A stretch of 64,000 nt of DNA from an uncultured Alphaproteobacteria bacterium (GTDB lineage: Bacteria > Pseudomonadota > Alphaproteobacteria > Methylaequorales > Methylaequoraceae): positions 122,372 to 186,371 of the forward strand of contig CABZJY010000002.1 of assembly GCA_902526175.1 (NCBI GenBank), given 5' to 3'. The notes under the pieces are model-generated. The model saw only the letters and a program-made list of their open reading frames with translations, ran no database searches and was not told where the DNA came from. The position numbers were made by a program, and so were the translations under genes. Positions 43,908 to 55,008 of this stretch are shown one piece after another. Numbering within the stretch: position 1 is the first letter of the stretch; each line of letters begins with the position of its first letter.

Positions 43908-44923
43908 TTTCTTGTATTAATTGATATTAGTTCTTCGAGTTTTCTTTTTGCTTTATAGTTATCTATTGTATTGCTGGCTAAATCTATGCCCTCTTTAAAA
44001 TTTTTTACTTTACCAGAAATTAAAAGACAAGCTGAAGTATTTAAGATGACGTTGTCCCTTATTGGTCCAGTTTCACCCTCAAATAATCTATTCATAATAA
44101 AGGCATTTTCATTTGAGTCCCCCCCCACTAAGTCATTTTGTTTACATTTTTTAAGACCAACATCACTTGGAGAAAGTCTAATTGGCTTTGAAATTTTTTT
44201 TCCTTTAATTTTTATAATTAAATTTGTTGATGTAGTTGTGAGTTCATCATATCCATCAAGATTATGAATAACCCATGATTCTTTTAAATTCATTCTACTC
44301 AAACAATTTGAATGAGTTTCCAAAAATTTTTTTTCTGTGACACCTAATAATTGAAAACTTACATTTGAAGGATTTAGCAATGGGCCTAGAAGGTTAAAGA
44401 TAGTTCTTATATTTATATTTTTTCTTATATGTGCAACAGTTCCAAGTGTTTTATGAAAATTTGGAGCGAATAAAAAGCATATACCAGTTTTATTATACAT
44501 TGTTTTTATACCACTGATTGTATCTGAGATTTCAATTCCTAGAGCTTCAAGTATATCAATACTACCAGATTTTGAAGTCACAGATCTATTCCCATGTTTT
44601 GCTACATTTAAACCGCAAGCTGATACCAAAATTGCAGTTGCTGTAGAAATATTAAAACTTTTCTTGTTATCACCTCCAGTACCACAAGTATCTATGAGTT
44701 CTCCGGTTAGTTGAATTTTTTTTGATCTTTTCTTCAAAATATTTACCGCTCCTAATATTTCTTCAAAACTCTCACCTCTAAAAGATAGAATTGCTAAAAT
44801 ACCTGAGATTTGTTCATTATTTAATCTACCATCAAAAATAGCAGAAAATAGTATTTCTGATTCCATAGTATTAAGATATTTCCCCTCAAATATTTTAAAA
44901 AAAATTTTTTTTAATTGATTCAT
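43904..44923 (-). CDS. trpD: Anthranilate phosphoribosyltransferase
   Basis: DTCGTGGD, FNIST, AKHGNRSVTSKSGS, RTIFNLLGPL.NP, DG.DE. Confidence 0.97.
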   Translation of the reverse strand: MNQLKKIFFKIFEGKYLNTMESEILFSAIFDGRLNNEQISGILAILSFRGESFEEILGAVNILKKRSKKIQLTGELIDTCGTGGDNKKSFNISTATAILVSACGLNVAKHGNRSVTSKSGSIDILEALGIEISDTISGIKTMYNKTGICFLFAPNFHKTLGTVAHIRKNINIRTIFNLLGPLLNPSNVSFQLLGVTEKKFLETHSNCLSRMNLKESWVIHNLDGYDELTTTSTNLIIKIKGKKISKPIRLSPSDVGLKKCKQNDLVGGDSNENAFIMNRLFEGETGPIRDNVILNTSACLLISGKVKNFKEGIDLASNTIDNYKAKRKLEELISINTRK

Positions 44924-45498
44924 TTTTTTATTGATAAAAAATTTTTTAATAATTGGTGCCCGAACTCAGTTGCAATACTCTCAGGATGGAATTGAACACC
45001 AAAGATTGGAAGTTTTTTGTGGGATATACCCATAATTGTTCCATCTTTAGTTTGAGAAGTAATTTCAAGATCTTTTGGAATTTTATTTTTATTTACAATT
45101 AAAGAGTGATATCTAGTTGCTTGAAATGGGTTTTGTATATTTTTATATAAAATTGATCTATTATGATTGATTTCACTTACCTTACCATGAATAGGCTTTC
45201 CACTTTCCTCAACATACCCTCCGAATGCCTCAGCAATAGCCTGATGGCCTAAACATACTCCGAGGAGTGGAATTGTTCTAGAATTGTCAGCATTTTTTTT
45301 GATTAAGTCTATGCATATTCCCGCATTTTTCGGTGAACTTGGCCCAGGAGAAATTACTATATAATTGGGTGCTTTATTAAAGACATTTTCAGTGCTAATT
45401 TGATCATTTCTGAAAACAATTACCTCTTGACCTAATTCCTCAAAATAGTGGACTAAGTTATAGGTAAAACTATCGTAATTATCAATAAGTAATAACAT
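44920..45498 (-). CDS. trpG: Anthranilate synthase component II (glutamine amidotransferase)
   Basis: IDNYDSFTYNL, SPGP, GVCLGHQ, RYHSL, GVQFHPES. Confidence 0.96.
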   Translation of the reverse strand: MLLLIDNYDSFTYNLVHYFEELGQEVIVFRNDQISTENVFNKAPNYIVISPGPSSPKNAGICIDLIKKNADNSRTIPLLGVCLGHQAIAEAFGGYVEESGKPIHGKVSEINHNRSILYKNIQNPFQATRYHSLIVNKNKIPKDLEITSQTKDGTIMGISHKKLPIFGVQFHPESIATEFGHQLLKNFLSIKK

Positions 45499-45500
45499 TA

Positions 45501-47021
45501 TTAATTACCCTCGAAGTGAGCAGAATATATTGTTGCTTCTAGGATTGCTAAAGCTTTATTTTCAGTTTCTAAAAATTCACTTTTAGGATTACTGTCAGCA
45601 ACAATCCCCGCACCAGATTGCACATATATTGTATCGTTTTTAATTACTGCTGTTCTTAAAGCGATACAACTATCAAGGTTTCCGTCGGCTGATAAGTAAC
45701 CAATTCCACCTGAGTAAATATTTCTTTTTGTTTTTTCTAATTCTTCAATAATTTCTAATGCTCTAATTTTTGGTGCTCCTGAAACAGTACCAGCAGGGAA
45801 CCCACTAAAAAATGCATCAACATTATCAAACTTTGGGTCTATCTCACCATTTATATTAGAAATTATATGCATTACGTGTGAAAAATATTCAACATACATT
45901 TGTTTTGTAACTTTTACAGTGCCAGGTTTACAGACTTTGCTTGTATCATTTCTTCCTAAGTCTAAAAGCATAAGATGTTCTGACATTTCTTTTTTATCAG
46001 TAAGCAAGTCATTTTCTAATTTGATATCCTCTAAACTATTTTTCCCTCTTTTTCTAGTCCCTGCAATAGGTCTAATTGTAACGATATCATTTTTTAATTT
46101 TACTAAGATTTCTGGACTTGAGCCAATTACTGAAAAATTTTTAAATTTAATATAAAAAAGATAAGGAGAAGGGTTTAAATATCTAAGTGCTCTGTAAATT
46201 GAAAGTGCGGAGCAATTAATTTTTTTTTTAAAGTATCTAGACAAAACAACTTGAAAAACTTCACCTGAATAAATGTATCTTTTTGCTCTTTCAACTATAT
46301 TCTTGAATTGAGCATAATTTAAATTGGAGTAAACACCTTTTTTAACATCATATTTATATTTAACTAGTTGTGATTTGGTTTTATATAGTTTTTTGCTAAT
46401 AGAACCCTTAAGTCTATTTAAAATACTATTAATTTGTTCTTTTGCTTGAGAGAAAGCTAAATTTGGTTTTAAGTTTTTTTTTGGCCAAACTGTTTTTACT
46501 ATAAATAAATTATCTTTAACATTATCAAAAATCATCATAATTGATGGTCTTATGAAAACTGAATCTGGAAGTTGCAATACATCTTTGTTATTGAATTTGA
46601 CATTTTCAAAATGTGAAATCATTTCATAACCCAAATACCCAAATAAACCAGATGACATTGGAGGTAAATGATTAGGTATTTTAAATTTATTATTTTTAAA
46701 TAATTTTTTGAGACTTTCTATAGGAGAGATTTTTGTTTCACTTTTTTTAACAAATGTTTTATTTATAAGTTCTTTTATTGTAATTTCGGAATTTTTACAC
46801 TCCCATATTAAATCTGGTTTAATGCCAATAGCAGAGTATCTTCCTTTTTGATTACCTTTTTCTACTGATTCAAATAAGAAAATGTATTTTTCTTTTTCAA
46901 ATTTCAAAAGAGTTGAAACCGGAGTATATAAATCAGCTGAGAGAGCTGTAAATAACAACTGAGGTTTATTCAGATCGTATTTTTTTTTAAAACTTTTTAG
47001 ATCCGGTTGTAATATATCCAT
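45501..47021 (-). CDS. trpE: Anthranilate synthase component I
   Basis: FESVE.G...GRYS, FQVVLS, NPSPY, SSPE, PIAGT, EHLMLLDLGRND, PAGTVSGAPKIRA, GAGIVADS. Confidence 0.97.
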   Translation of the reverse strand: MDILQPDLKSFKKKYDLNKPQLLFTALSADLYTPVSTLLKFEKEKYIFLFESVEKGNQKGRYSAIGIKPDLIWECKNSEITIKELINKTFVKKSETKISPIESLKKLFKNNKFKIPNHLPPMSSGLFGYLGYEMISHFENVKFNNKDVLQLPDSVFIRPSIMMIFDNVKDNLFIVKTVWPKKNLKPNLAFSQAKEQINSILNRLKGSISKKLYKTKSQLVKYKYDVKKGVYSNLNYAQFKNIVERAKRYIYSGEVFQVVLSRYFKKKINCSALSIYRALRYLNPSPYLFYIKFKNFSVIGSSPEILVKLKNDIVTIRPIAGTRKRGKNSLEDIKLENDLLTDKKEMSEHLMLLDLGRNDTSKVCKPGTVKVTKQMYVEYFSHVMHIISNINGEIDPKFDNVDAFFSGFPAGTVSGAPKIRALEIIEELEKTKRNIYSGGIGYLSADGNLDSCIALRTAVIKNDTIYVQSGAGIVADSNPKSEFLETENKALAILEATIYSAHFEGN

Positions 47022-47026
47022 TATAA

Positions 47027-48913
47027 TTAATTAAGTTGATCTATTACATCATCATTAATGGAGATTTTGTATTTTTTTCTAAGAACTTCAGAAAATTGAG
47101 ATAACAAGTCTACGCTCATGTCATCTTCAATTCTTTTATTAAAGGCTTTCATATCAGATTTGTCTTTACCATAAGCATTAATAATTTCTTCAATTTGCGA
47201 TACTATAACTTCTTGATCTGATCTATTATGAATTAGTACATCTGAAAGTTTCGAAGCAAATATCTTGTCGATTAGTGGTAAAGGTAATTCAGAGTCATCT
47301 GGACGTATCCTGTTAAAGGGTGCAACTCCTTTTAACTCCAGATTATATTTATTTGTTACGTTTTCAATGGAACTACTTTCTATCTCTGATTTTAATTTTT
47401 TTGCAAATTCTAATGCTTTTTGGAATTGACCAACTTCTTTTAACTTACTAATAACAATTGGTCGAGCTTCTTCAATGCTCATTTGTCTAGGTGGATATAT
47501 TTTTTTTACAATACTTACAGCTAGACCATTATCATCATCTATATCAATCAAGTTTCCTTCTTCATTTTCTTTTTGATTGAAAACTGCTCTCAAAATTCTT
47601 GCATCTTGAAATTCAAGATTCTTTTTTCCATCAAAATTAATTCCTTCATTGTCAATTTTTTTTGCTTCAATTAATTTCACTTCCAATTTTTGTGAAATTT
47701 CTAAAAGCGATTCACCTCCAGCAAGCGAATCTTCTACTTCGTCTTGTAGGTCAAAAACTGCTTCTTTGCCTTTTTCAATGAGTAATTCATTTCTAAATTT
47801 ATTTTTTACATCTTCGTAGGTAAATTCTTTTCTTGCTTCGATATCTAAAACAAGAAAAATATGCCATCCAAATGATGATTGTATGGGTTTTGTAATTTTA
47901 TTCTTTTTTACATTAAATACTCCTTCAATTACTTCTTCAGGTAACTCGGTCTTTGTGTTCCATCCTAAATCAATATCACTTTCGTCTAGGCTAGCTAGTT
48001 CTTTTGCAGTGTCTGAAAAATTTGTTCCTTTTTCAAGTTTAAGAAATATTTTATTTGCTAGATCTTCTTCTTGCACCAAAATTTGCTTAAGGTATCTTCT
48101 TTCAGGTTTAATTAAACTTTCTTTTCTCTCTTCGTATAATATTTGGACTTCATCATCAGTAACTGTTGTATTTTCTGCAAACTTTTTTGCATCAAGTAAT
48201 AAAGTTTCTACATCTCTAAACTCTTTTGTTTTGAAATCTGCTTTATTCTTTTCGAAATATTCATTAATTTCTAGATCTGTATAATTTTTAGCTTTTTGGT
48301 CACTAGCTTTTACAACAAAGTAGTTAACAGATCTTTCCTCAAGATTATATGAACCAATGTTCTTTGAAATAATTTCAGGAAGTATGAAACTTGATCTTAA
48401 AGTTTCAACCATTTGATCTCTAGCAAGATCTTGTCTCGTCCCTTCCACATACCTGTCTTCTGTGTAACCACTTTCAGAAATTAATTGTCTAAAAATTAAT
48501 TCACTGAATTGACCTAAATCATCTTTAAAAGATTCATCCTTAACAATTCTGTCCTTTACATTCAGATCACTTACTGAGAGACCTAAATCAGAAGCCTGAT
48601 TGTTAAATAAAGCTCTGTTAACTAAAGAACTTAGAGCACGATCTACATAACCAAACTCTCTACCTCTCTTAATGTCTAGTGATGAACCTAACAATTTCCT
48701 TATTTCTTCAGTTTGTCTAGTATAAAGACTTAAAAATTCTTTTGATGAAACGTCAATCTTACCAACTGTCGCAACAGTAGTCTGTTGTTTTGAAACTCCA
48801 ATTAAGTCTTCTGTCCCCCATATAGCAAAACTTAAAATTAAAAGAGTCATTAATGTTCCCAAAACAATTTTTGGAATATAACTTTTTGAACTATTTCTTA
48901 ATTTATTTAACAT
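47027..48913 (-). CDS. ppiD: PpiD-like membrane-anchored periplasmic chaperone (SurA-N plus parvulin domain)
   Basis: N-terminal TM ending SFAIWG, VATVG, ERRY..QILV, DLGW, PIQSSFGWHI; divergent from tpiA; ATG 48913 preferred as start. Confidence 0.88.
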   Translation of the reverse strand: MLNKLRNSSKSYIPKIVLGTLMTLLILSFAIWGTEDLIGVSKQQTTVATVGKIDVSSKEFLSLYTRQTEEIRKLLGSSLDIKRGREFGYVDRALSSLVNRALFNNQASDLGLSVSDLNVKDRIVKDESFKDDLGQFSELIFRQLISESGYTEDRYVEGTRQDLARDQMVETLRSSFILPEIISKNIGSYNLEERSVNYFVVKASDQKAKNYTDLEINEYFEKNKADFKTKEFRDVETLLLDAKKFAENTTVTDDEVQILYEERKESLIKPERRYLKQILVQEEDLANKIFLKLEKGTNFSDTAKELASLDESDIDLGWNTKTELPEEVIEGVFNVKKNKITKPIQSSFGWHIFLVLDIEARKEFTYEDVKNKFRNELLIEKGKEAVFDLQDEVEDSLAGGESLLEISQKLEVKLIEAKKIDNEGINFDGKKNLEFQDARILRAVFNQKENEEGNLIDIDDDNGLAVSIVKKIYPPRQMSIEEARPIVISKLKEVGQFQKALEFAKKLKSEIESSSIENVTNKYNLELKGVAPFNRIRPDDSELPLPLIDKIFASKLSDVLIHNRSDQEVIVSQIEEIINAYGKDKSDMKAFNKRIEDDMSVDLLSQFSEVLRKKYKISINDDVIDQLN

Positions 48914-48961
48914 AATTATATCATTATACAAAATTTACTCAATTACATATATACTAAGATC

Positions 48962-49699
48962 ATGCAAAAAAAAACCTTTATTATAGCAAATTGGAAAATG
49001 AATATGTCAGTTAATAATGCAAATAAATTCATTAAAAAACTGGATAAACTCAATTATAAGAAAAAAAAATTCAAAGAAATTGTTATTTGTGCACAGTTTC
49101 TATTGTTACCCAGCCTCAGTAAAATTTCTAGAAAAAATATATTATTAGGGAGTCAAGACTGTCATCATGAGCCTCAAGGAGCATTTACAGGAGATTCAAG
49201 CATAGATTTGATTAAATTTTTTAAATGCAAATACGTTATTGTTGGTCATTCTGAAAGAAGAAAATATCACTATGAATCAAACCATTTAATCAAGAAAAAA
49301 ATAGATTTAATTTCTATTAAGAACTTAATTCCTATTCTCTGCATCGGTGAGTCTTTGGAGGAAAGAAAAAGCAAGAAATACAAAGAAAAAATTTATGGAC
49401 AGTTAAATGAATCGGTTTCCAACAAGATAAAAAAGTTGGTTATTGCCTATGAACCAATATGGTCGATAGGTACTGGTAAAATCCCGTCGTATGATGAGAT
49501 ATCAGAAATATCTAATTTAATAAAAAATTTTTTTGTCAAATTTAGGAAAAATTGTGATTTATCAATTGTTTATGGTGGCTCTGTAGATAGCTTAAATTTT
49601 AGAAAGATATCTGAAATTAAGAATATAAACGGAGCGCTAATAGGTGGTTCAAGCCTTAAGTATAGTGAATTAAAAAAAATTGTCAGTTCAATTAATTAA
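48962..49699 (+). CDS. tpiA: Triosephosphate isomerase
   Basis: ANWKMN, GAFTGD, GHSERR, AYEPIWSIGTG, YGGSV, LIGGSSL. Confidence 0.97.
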   Translation: MQKKTFIIANWKMNMSVNNANKFIKKLDKLNYKKKKFKEIVICAQFLLLPSLSKISRKNILLGSQDCHHEPQGAFTGDSSIDLIKFFKCKYVIVGHSERRKYHYESNHLIKKKIDLISIKNLIPILCIGESLEERKSKKYKEKIYGQLNESVSNKIKKLVIAYEPIWSIGTGKIPSYDEISEISNLIKNFFVKFRKNCDLSIVYGGSVDSLNFRKISEIKNINGALIGGSSLKYSELKKIVSSIN

Positions 49700-49738
49700 T
49701 TTATTGTATAATTGATAGATTTTGAATATGTTGTGTTT

Positions 49739-50092
49739 ATGTTTACAGTTTTGTTATCAATTCACTTAGTGATATGCGTTTTTTTAGTAATTTTAGTACT
49801 ATTACAAAAATCTGAAGGTGGTGGTCTTGGAATTGGTCAAAGTGGTGGTGGAATAGGAGACTTTATGACCAGCAGAAGCGCAGCAAACTTTTTAACAAAA
49901 ACCACGACATTTCTTGCAGTTTGTTTTTTTCTCACTAGTTTTGGCCTAGCATTTTTGGCAAATAAAACATATAATAAGAAATCCATTTTAGATTCCTCTG
50001 AAGATGCTATTATTGATAGACTAGATCTAATACCTGAAGAATTTGATGTTGAGTCTGATAATAAAAATGAAATTGAAGTTCCTGTTGAATAA
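49739..50092 (+). CDS. secG: Preprotein translocase subunit SecG
   Basis: LVLLQKSEGGGLG, NFLTKTT..LA..FF; after tpiA; ATG 49739 preferred as start. Confidence 0.94.
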   Translation: MFTVLLSIHLVICVFLVILVLLQKSEGGGLGIGQSGGGIGDFMTSRSAANFLTKTTTFLAVCFFLTSFGLAFLANKTYNKKSILDSSEDAIIDRLDLIPEEFDVESDNKNEIEVPVE

Positions 50093-50123
50093 TTATATAA
50101 ATGTAATTATTGATCAGTAAATA

Positions 50124-51752
50124 ATGACAAAATATATCTTTATAACAGGTGGTGTTGTTTCCTCGTTAGGTAAAGGTATAGCTTCTTCCGCAATAGCCTC
50201 ATTACTGCAACTAGCAAATTTCAAAGTGAGAATTAGAAAATTAGACCCTTACCTCAATATTGATCCTGGTACTATGAGTCCCTCTCAACACGGAGAAGTG
50301 TTTGTAACAGATGATGGCGCCGAAACAGATATGGATTTAGGTCATTACGAGAGGTTTACTGGCATAATATCAAAAAAAAGTGACAATATAACTACAGGAA
50401 AAATTTATTCTGAAGTTTTAAAAAAAGAAAGAAAAGGTGATTATCTAGGATCTACTGTTCAAGTTATTCCGCATGTTACAGATCAAATTAAGAATTTTAT
50501 TCAAACAGACTTATCAAAAGAAGATTTCGTTATTTGTGAAATTGGTGGGACGGTTGGAGATATTGAGAGTTTACCATTCCTGGAGGCTATTAGACAACTC
50601 AGGAACGAATTGGGAAGGAAAAAAACGTGTTTTATACATCTAACCTTATTACCATTTGTGTCTGTTGCTAATGAGTTTAAAACTAAGCCAACCCAACATT
50701 CTGTTAAAGAATTATTAAGCTCCGGGATACAACCAGATATATTGATATGTAGAACTACCAAAAAATTTGACTTAGAATCAAAAAAAAAAATTTCTCTTTT
50801 TTGTAATATACCAATGGAATCAGTAATTATGGCTGTGGATGTTAAATCAATTTATGAAGTACCAATTACTTTACATGCGGAAAAGATTGATCAAAGAATT
50901 TTTGATTATTTTGGATTAAAAAATAAAAAATTAGATCTACATAAATGGAAAAATTTTAATAACAAAGTAAAAAATATTAATAAACAAGTTAGTTTGGCAA
51001 TTGTTGGTAAATATTTAAACTTAACTGAATCATATAAATCACTTTACGAAGCAATTTTTCATAGCAGTGTATACAACAATGCAAATGTAAAAGTTGACTG
51101 GATAGATGCTGTAAAGTTAAAAGATAAAGATAGTTGCAGGAAATATTTGTCAAATTTTAATGGAATTTTAGTACCAGGAGGTTTTGGGAAAAGAGGTGTA
51201 GATGGTAAAATATTATCTATTAATTATGCAAGGAATAATCAAAAACCTTTTTTAGGTATTTGTTTTGGTATGCAATTAGCTGTTATTGAGGCAATAAGAT
51301 CTGTTAAGGGTTTTGAAAAGTCAACTTCATCTGAATTTAGTAAAAGAGGTAATAATGTAATTTCATTTATGGATGAATGGGTTGATGATAAATCGATACA
51401 TAAACAAGATACAAAAAATTATGGTGGAAGTATGAGATTAGGTTCTTATGATGCTATTTTAAAAAAAGGTTCAAAAATTTACAACATTTACAAAAAAGTA
51501 AAAATTTCGGAGAGACATAGACATAGATATGAAGTAAATTTTAACTATAAAAAAGTAATAGAATCAAACGGAATTGTTTTTTCAGGTATTTCTCCTGATG
51601 GAAAACTGGCTGAGGTTATGGAATATATAGATCATCCTTGGTTTATAGGCGTCCAGTATCACCCAGAGTTAAAATCAACTCCTTTTAATCCACATCCATT
51701 ATTTAATTCTTTTGTGAATGCACTTATAAAAAATAAAAAAAAAGATGGATGA
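50124..51752 (+). CDS. pyrG: CTP synthase
   Basis: TGGVVSSLGKG, DPYLNIDPGTMSP, KTKPTQHSV, GICFGMQ, ERHRHRYE, QYHPE. Confidence 0.99.
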   Translation: MTKYIFITGGVVSSLGKGIASSAIASLLQLANFKVRIRKLDPYLNIDPGTMSPSQHGEVFVTDDGAETDMDLGHYERFTGIISKKSDNITTGKIYSEVLKKERKGDYLGSTVQVIPHVTDQIKNFIQTDLSKEDFVICEIGGTVGDIESLPFLEAIRQLRNELGRKKTCFIHLTLLPFVSVANEFKTKPTQHSVKELLSSGIQPDILICRTTKKFDLESKKKISLFCNIPMESVIMAVDVKSIYEVPITLHAEKIDQRIFDYFGLKNKKLDLHKWKNFNNKVKNINKQVSLAIVGKYLNLTESYKSLYEAIFHSSVYNNANVKVDWIDAVKLKDKDSCRKYLSNFNGILVPGGFGKRGVDGKILSINYARNNQKPFLGICFGMQLAVIEAIRSVKGFEKSTSSEFSKRGNNVISFMDEWVDDKSIHKQDTKNYGGSMRLGSYDAILKKGSKIYNIYKKVKISERHRHRYEVNFNYKKVIESNGIVFSGISPDGKLAEVMEYIDHPWFIGVQYHPELKSTPFNPHPLFNSFVNALIKNKKKDG

Positions 51753-52593
51753 TTTAAGAGATATAAAACAAAATGAAATTAAATTGAATGGTATTTCATT
51801 CTCAAATAATAAATCAATTATTTTAATTGCTGGTCCATGCCAAATTGAAAGTAAGGATCATGCATTTTTTGTTTGTTCAGAAATTGAAAAAATTACAAAA
51901 AGTTTAAATCTGAAATTCGTTTATAAGAGCTCATTTGATAAGGCTAATAGAACAAGCATTAACAGTAAAAGAGGAGTTGGTCTTGAAAAAGGTCTAGAAA
52001 TTCTTAACGAAGTTAAAAAAAAATTCAATTGTCCAGTGCTCACTGATGTTCATGAGGCATGGCAATGCAGTGAAGTAGCGAAAGTAATTGATATTATTCA
52101 AATTCCAGCTTTTTTATGTAGGCAGACCGATCTTTTAACTGCTGCAGCTAAAACAAAAAAAATTGTAAATATTAAAAAAGGACAATTTCTTTCACCCTGG
52201 GAAATGGCAAATGTAATTTCCAAAGTAAGTTCATGTGGCAACAAAAGAATTTTAGTAACTGAAAGAGGAACAATGTTTGGGTACAATAATTTGGTCACTG
52301 ATTTTCGTTCTTTATATATTTTAAAAAGTTTTGGTTTTCCTGTTATTTTTGATGCAACTCATTCTGTACAACAACCTGGTAATCTTAAAAATTCTTCAGG
52401 GGGACAAAAAGAATTTATACCTTTACTTGCAAAAGCATCAGTTACTGCAGGAATATCGTCCATTTTTATTGAAACTCATGAAAATCCTAATAAAGCTCCA
52501 TCTGACGGTTCATGTATGGTAGCATTATCAAATCTGAAAAGTTTACTTAAAGAAATTAAATTATTTGACGAACTTACAAAAAAAAAATTATAG
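51745..52593 (+). CDS. kdsA: KDO-8-phosphate synthase
   Basis: AGPCQIES, KSSFDKANRTS, QIPAFLCRQTDLL, KKGQF, FDATHSVQ, SDG. Confidence 0.98.
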   Translation: MDDLRDIKQNEIKLNGISFSNNKSIILIAGPCQIESKDHAFFVCSEIEKITKSLNLKFVYKSSFDKANRTSINSKRGVGLEKGLEILNEVKKKFNCPVLTDVHEAWQCSEVAKVIDIIQIPAFLCRQTDLLTAAAKTKKIVNIKKGQFLSPWEMANVISKVSSCGNKRILVTERGTMFGYNNLVTDFRSLYILKSFGFPVIFDATHSVQQPGNLKNSSGGQKEFIPLLAKASVTAGISSIFIETHENPNKAPSDGSCMVALSNLKSLLKEIKLFDELTKKKL

Positions 52594-52599
52594 TTAACA

Positions 52600-53886
52600 A
52601 TGCCTGTTATAAAAAAAATTAAATCAAGAGAGATATTAGATAGTAGAGGATTTCCGACAGTAGAAGTAGATGTAATTTTAGATTGCAATACATTCGGAAG
52701 AGCTTCGGTACCCTCAGGGTCATCAACAGGGACATTTGAGGCATGTGAACTAAGAGATGGTGATAAAATTAGATACTTTGGTAAAGGTGTAAAAAATGCT
52801 GTGAATTTTGTAAATACAGAAATAAATGACACAATTCAAGGATTTGAAGTAACAGAACAAAAGTTTATAGATCAGACATTAATTGATCTTGATGATACTA
52901 TAAATAAATCAAGATTGGGTGCTAATGCAATATTAGGTGTTTCTTTAGCGGTTGCCAAAGCATCAGCTAATTACTATAAATTACCTTTATACAAGTATTT
53001 AGGAGGTGTTTCTAATATATTGCCTACGCCAATGATGAATATAGTAAATGGTGGTTGTCATGCAAACAATGGCTTGGACTTTCAAGAATTCATGATTATT
53101 CCTGTTAATTTCACAAATTTTTCATCTGCATTGAGAGCTGGCTCTGAGATTTTTCACATTCTAAAAGAATTATTGAATAAAAAAAATTTATCTACATCTG
53201 TAGGTGATGAAGGCGGCTTTGCTCCTAATTTTAATTCTAATAAGCAATGTCTTGATATGATAAGTCAAGCCGTAGAAAAATCTAATTACTCATTAGGAAA
53301 AGATATTTATTTGGGTCTAGATGTTGCTTCAACTGAATTTTATTCTAAAAATAAATATAGTCTTGCCGGTGAAAATCTTACATTATCATCAGAAAAGCTT
53401 GTTTTATATTATGAGAATCTAATTAAAAATTATCCTATAATTTCAATTGAAGATCCAATGTCTGAAAACGATTGGAATGGTTGGCAAGAGATGACTAACT
53501 GTATTGGAGAAAAATGCCAATTGGTTGGAGATGACCTTTTTGTAACAAATATAGATAGATTAAAAAAAGGAATTAACAAAAAATGTGCAAATTCTATTCT
53601 TATAAAATTAAATCAAATTGGCACTGTCTCAGAAACTATTATGACAATAAATGAAGCTAAACATAATAATTATAATAATATTATTTCTCATAGATCTGGT
53701 GAGACAGAAGACACATTTATTGCCGATTTAGCAGTTGGACTTTCAGCCAATCAAATTAAAACTGGATCATTAAGCCGAGGAGAGAGAATTTGTAAGTACA
53801 ACCAAATATTGAGAATTGAAGAAACTTTGGAGGATGCTGCACAATTTGCCGGTATAAACCCATTTAAAAGATTTATAGGTAAATGA
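52600..53886 (+). CDS. eno: Enolase
   Basis: [51 protein letters not shown]. Confidence 0.99.
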   Translation: MPVIKKIKSREILDSRGFPTVEVDVILDCNTFGRASVPSGSSTGTFEACELRDGDKIRYFGKGVKNAVNFVNTEINDTIQGFEVTEQKFIDQTLIDLDDTINKSRLGANAILGVSLAVAKASANYYKLPLYKYLGGVSNILPTPMMNIVNGGCHANNGLDFQEFMIIPVNFTNFSSALRAGSEIFHILKELLNKKNLSTSVGDEGGFAPNFNSNKQCLDMISQAVEKSNYSLGKDIYLGLDVASTEFYSKNKYSLAGENLTLSSEKLVLYYENLIKNYPIISIEDPMSENDWNGWQEMTNCIGEKCQLVGDDLFVTNIDRLKKGINKKCANSILIKLNQIGTVSETIMTINEAKHNNYNNIISHRSGETEDTFIADLAVGLSANQIKTGSLSRGERICKYNQILRIEETLEDAAQFAGINPFKRFIGK

Positions 53887-54170
53887 GGATATTTAAATTT
53901 AAAAAATTTATAAGTATTATTCTTGGAACATTAGTCTTTTTAATTTGTTTAAATTTTTTTTCTGGAAAAAAAAATATTTTTGAACTTAAACATAATTTTT
54001 CAAAGATTAGTGACTTAGAGAATAAAATTTTAGAAACTAATGAAAAAAATAAAAAGTTTATTTTTCTACATAATGAATTAAAAAATAAAAATAAAGACAT
54101 ACTTAACTATTATGTGAGAAAAAATTTAAATTATAGAGAAAAAGATGAAATCGTAATTATCTACGATTGA
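53883..54170 (+). CDS. ftsB: FtsB/DivIC-like septum formation initiator (divergent)
   Basis: Short: one TM, coiled coil, D.L..YVR..LNY...DEIVI tail; directly after eno. Mainly a synteny-based call. Confidence 0.7.
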   Translation: MRIFKFKKFISIILGTLVFLICLNFFSGKKNIFELKHNFSKISDLENKILETNEKNKKFIFLHNELKNKNKDILNYYVRKNLNYREKDEIVIIYD

Positions 54171-54912
54171 AATAATCTATAAAAAATTGAAATGCAATTC
54201 TACCTGAGTATCCACCTTTTAAAATCGACCAACTCAATGCTTCGGTCTTAATATCCTCTTTAATCTGAAAAGATTTTGAATAATTATTAATTATTTGCAA
54301 ATATTGATCTTTACTACATCGATAAAATCCTAAACATAATCCAAATCTTTCTGATAATGAAAAAATACTATTTTGAATGTCTTTTGTTTCGAGATCATCA
54401 AGGTCACTTTGATCAGAAGACAATGATATGTTTCTCATGTTTGTAGTAAAATAATAGGTAATATTTTTGTTTGAACTTAATAGGCTTCCTTCAAGTACTG
54501 ATTTTAAAATATTAAAGTCGTTACTGAATGGCATAAATATTACATCATCAATAAATACAATAAATTTTTTATTAATTGTTGATAATCTATAAACAATTTC
54601 AGGCAAGTAAATTATATCATGACTTAATATTTCTAAGAAGTTAAGATTTTTATATCCTTTATTTATTAAATCATCTATAACCGCATGGACTAGTGATGAT
54701 TTTCCCATCCCTTTTTCTCCCCAGAGAAGCACATTAGAGAAATTTTTATCATTAATAAAATTTATTGTATTTTTAATTAAACTGTCTTTTTGATCATCAA
54801 TAAATAGTAAATCCGCTAATTTTTTTTTGTAATTAGTATTTATTCCTACTATTTCTTTCATAGTCGAAATAAAAATTAGTTTATTCAAATTTTTATTGTT
54901 GATTTTAATCAT
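54157..54912 (-). CDS. DUF815-family AAA+ ATPase
   Basis: NVLLWGEKGMGKSSLV (Walker A), FIVFIDD (Walker B), LKSVLEGS, SLSERFGL.LGF, SGRIAFQF; divergent from yajC. Confidence 0.88.
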   Translation of the reverse strand: MIKINNKNLNKLIFISTMKEIVGINTNYKKKLADLLFIDDQKDSLIKNTINFINDKNFSNVLLWGEKGMGKSSLVHAVIDDLINKGYKNLNFLEILSHDIIYLPEIVYRLSTINKKFIVFIDDVIFMPFSNDFNILKSVLEGSLLSSNKNITYYFTTNMRNISLSSDQSDLDDLETKDIQNSIFSLSERFGLCLGFYRCSKDQYLQIINNYSKSFQIKEDIKTEALSWSILKGGYSGRIAFQFFIDYFNRR

Positions 54913-55008
54913 GCTACATTATGGATAAAGTATTTTTTGTATATAAGTAATTTAAGTTGAACTTTTTTCATTTTACTTGTAAATAATTAAAACAAAAGGA
55001 ATTTTATT

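Noticed and set aside
41448..47021. trp genes linked to moaC-moeA-lexA with no attenuator leader
   Set aside because: Conserved alphaproteobacterial arrangement; trpE starts 5 bp after ppiD, so no leader peptide is expected.
52600..53886. Several Cys at normally non-Cys positions in enolase and GyrA as a hint of codon reassignment
   Set aside because: TGT/TGC encode the conserved Fe-S Cys ligands in the Nuo subunits and all long ORFs read cleanly in the standard bacterial code; AT-driven drift is sufficient.
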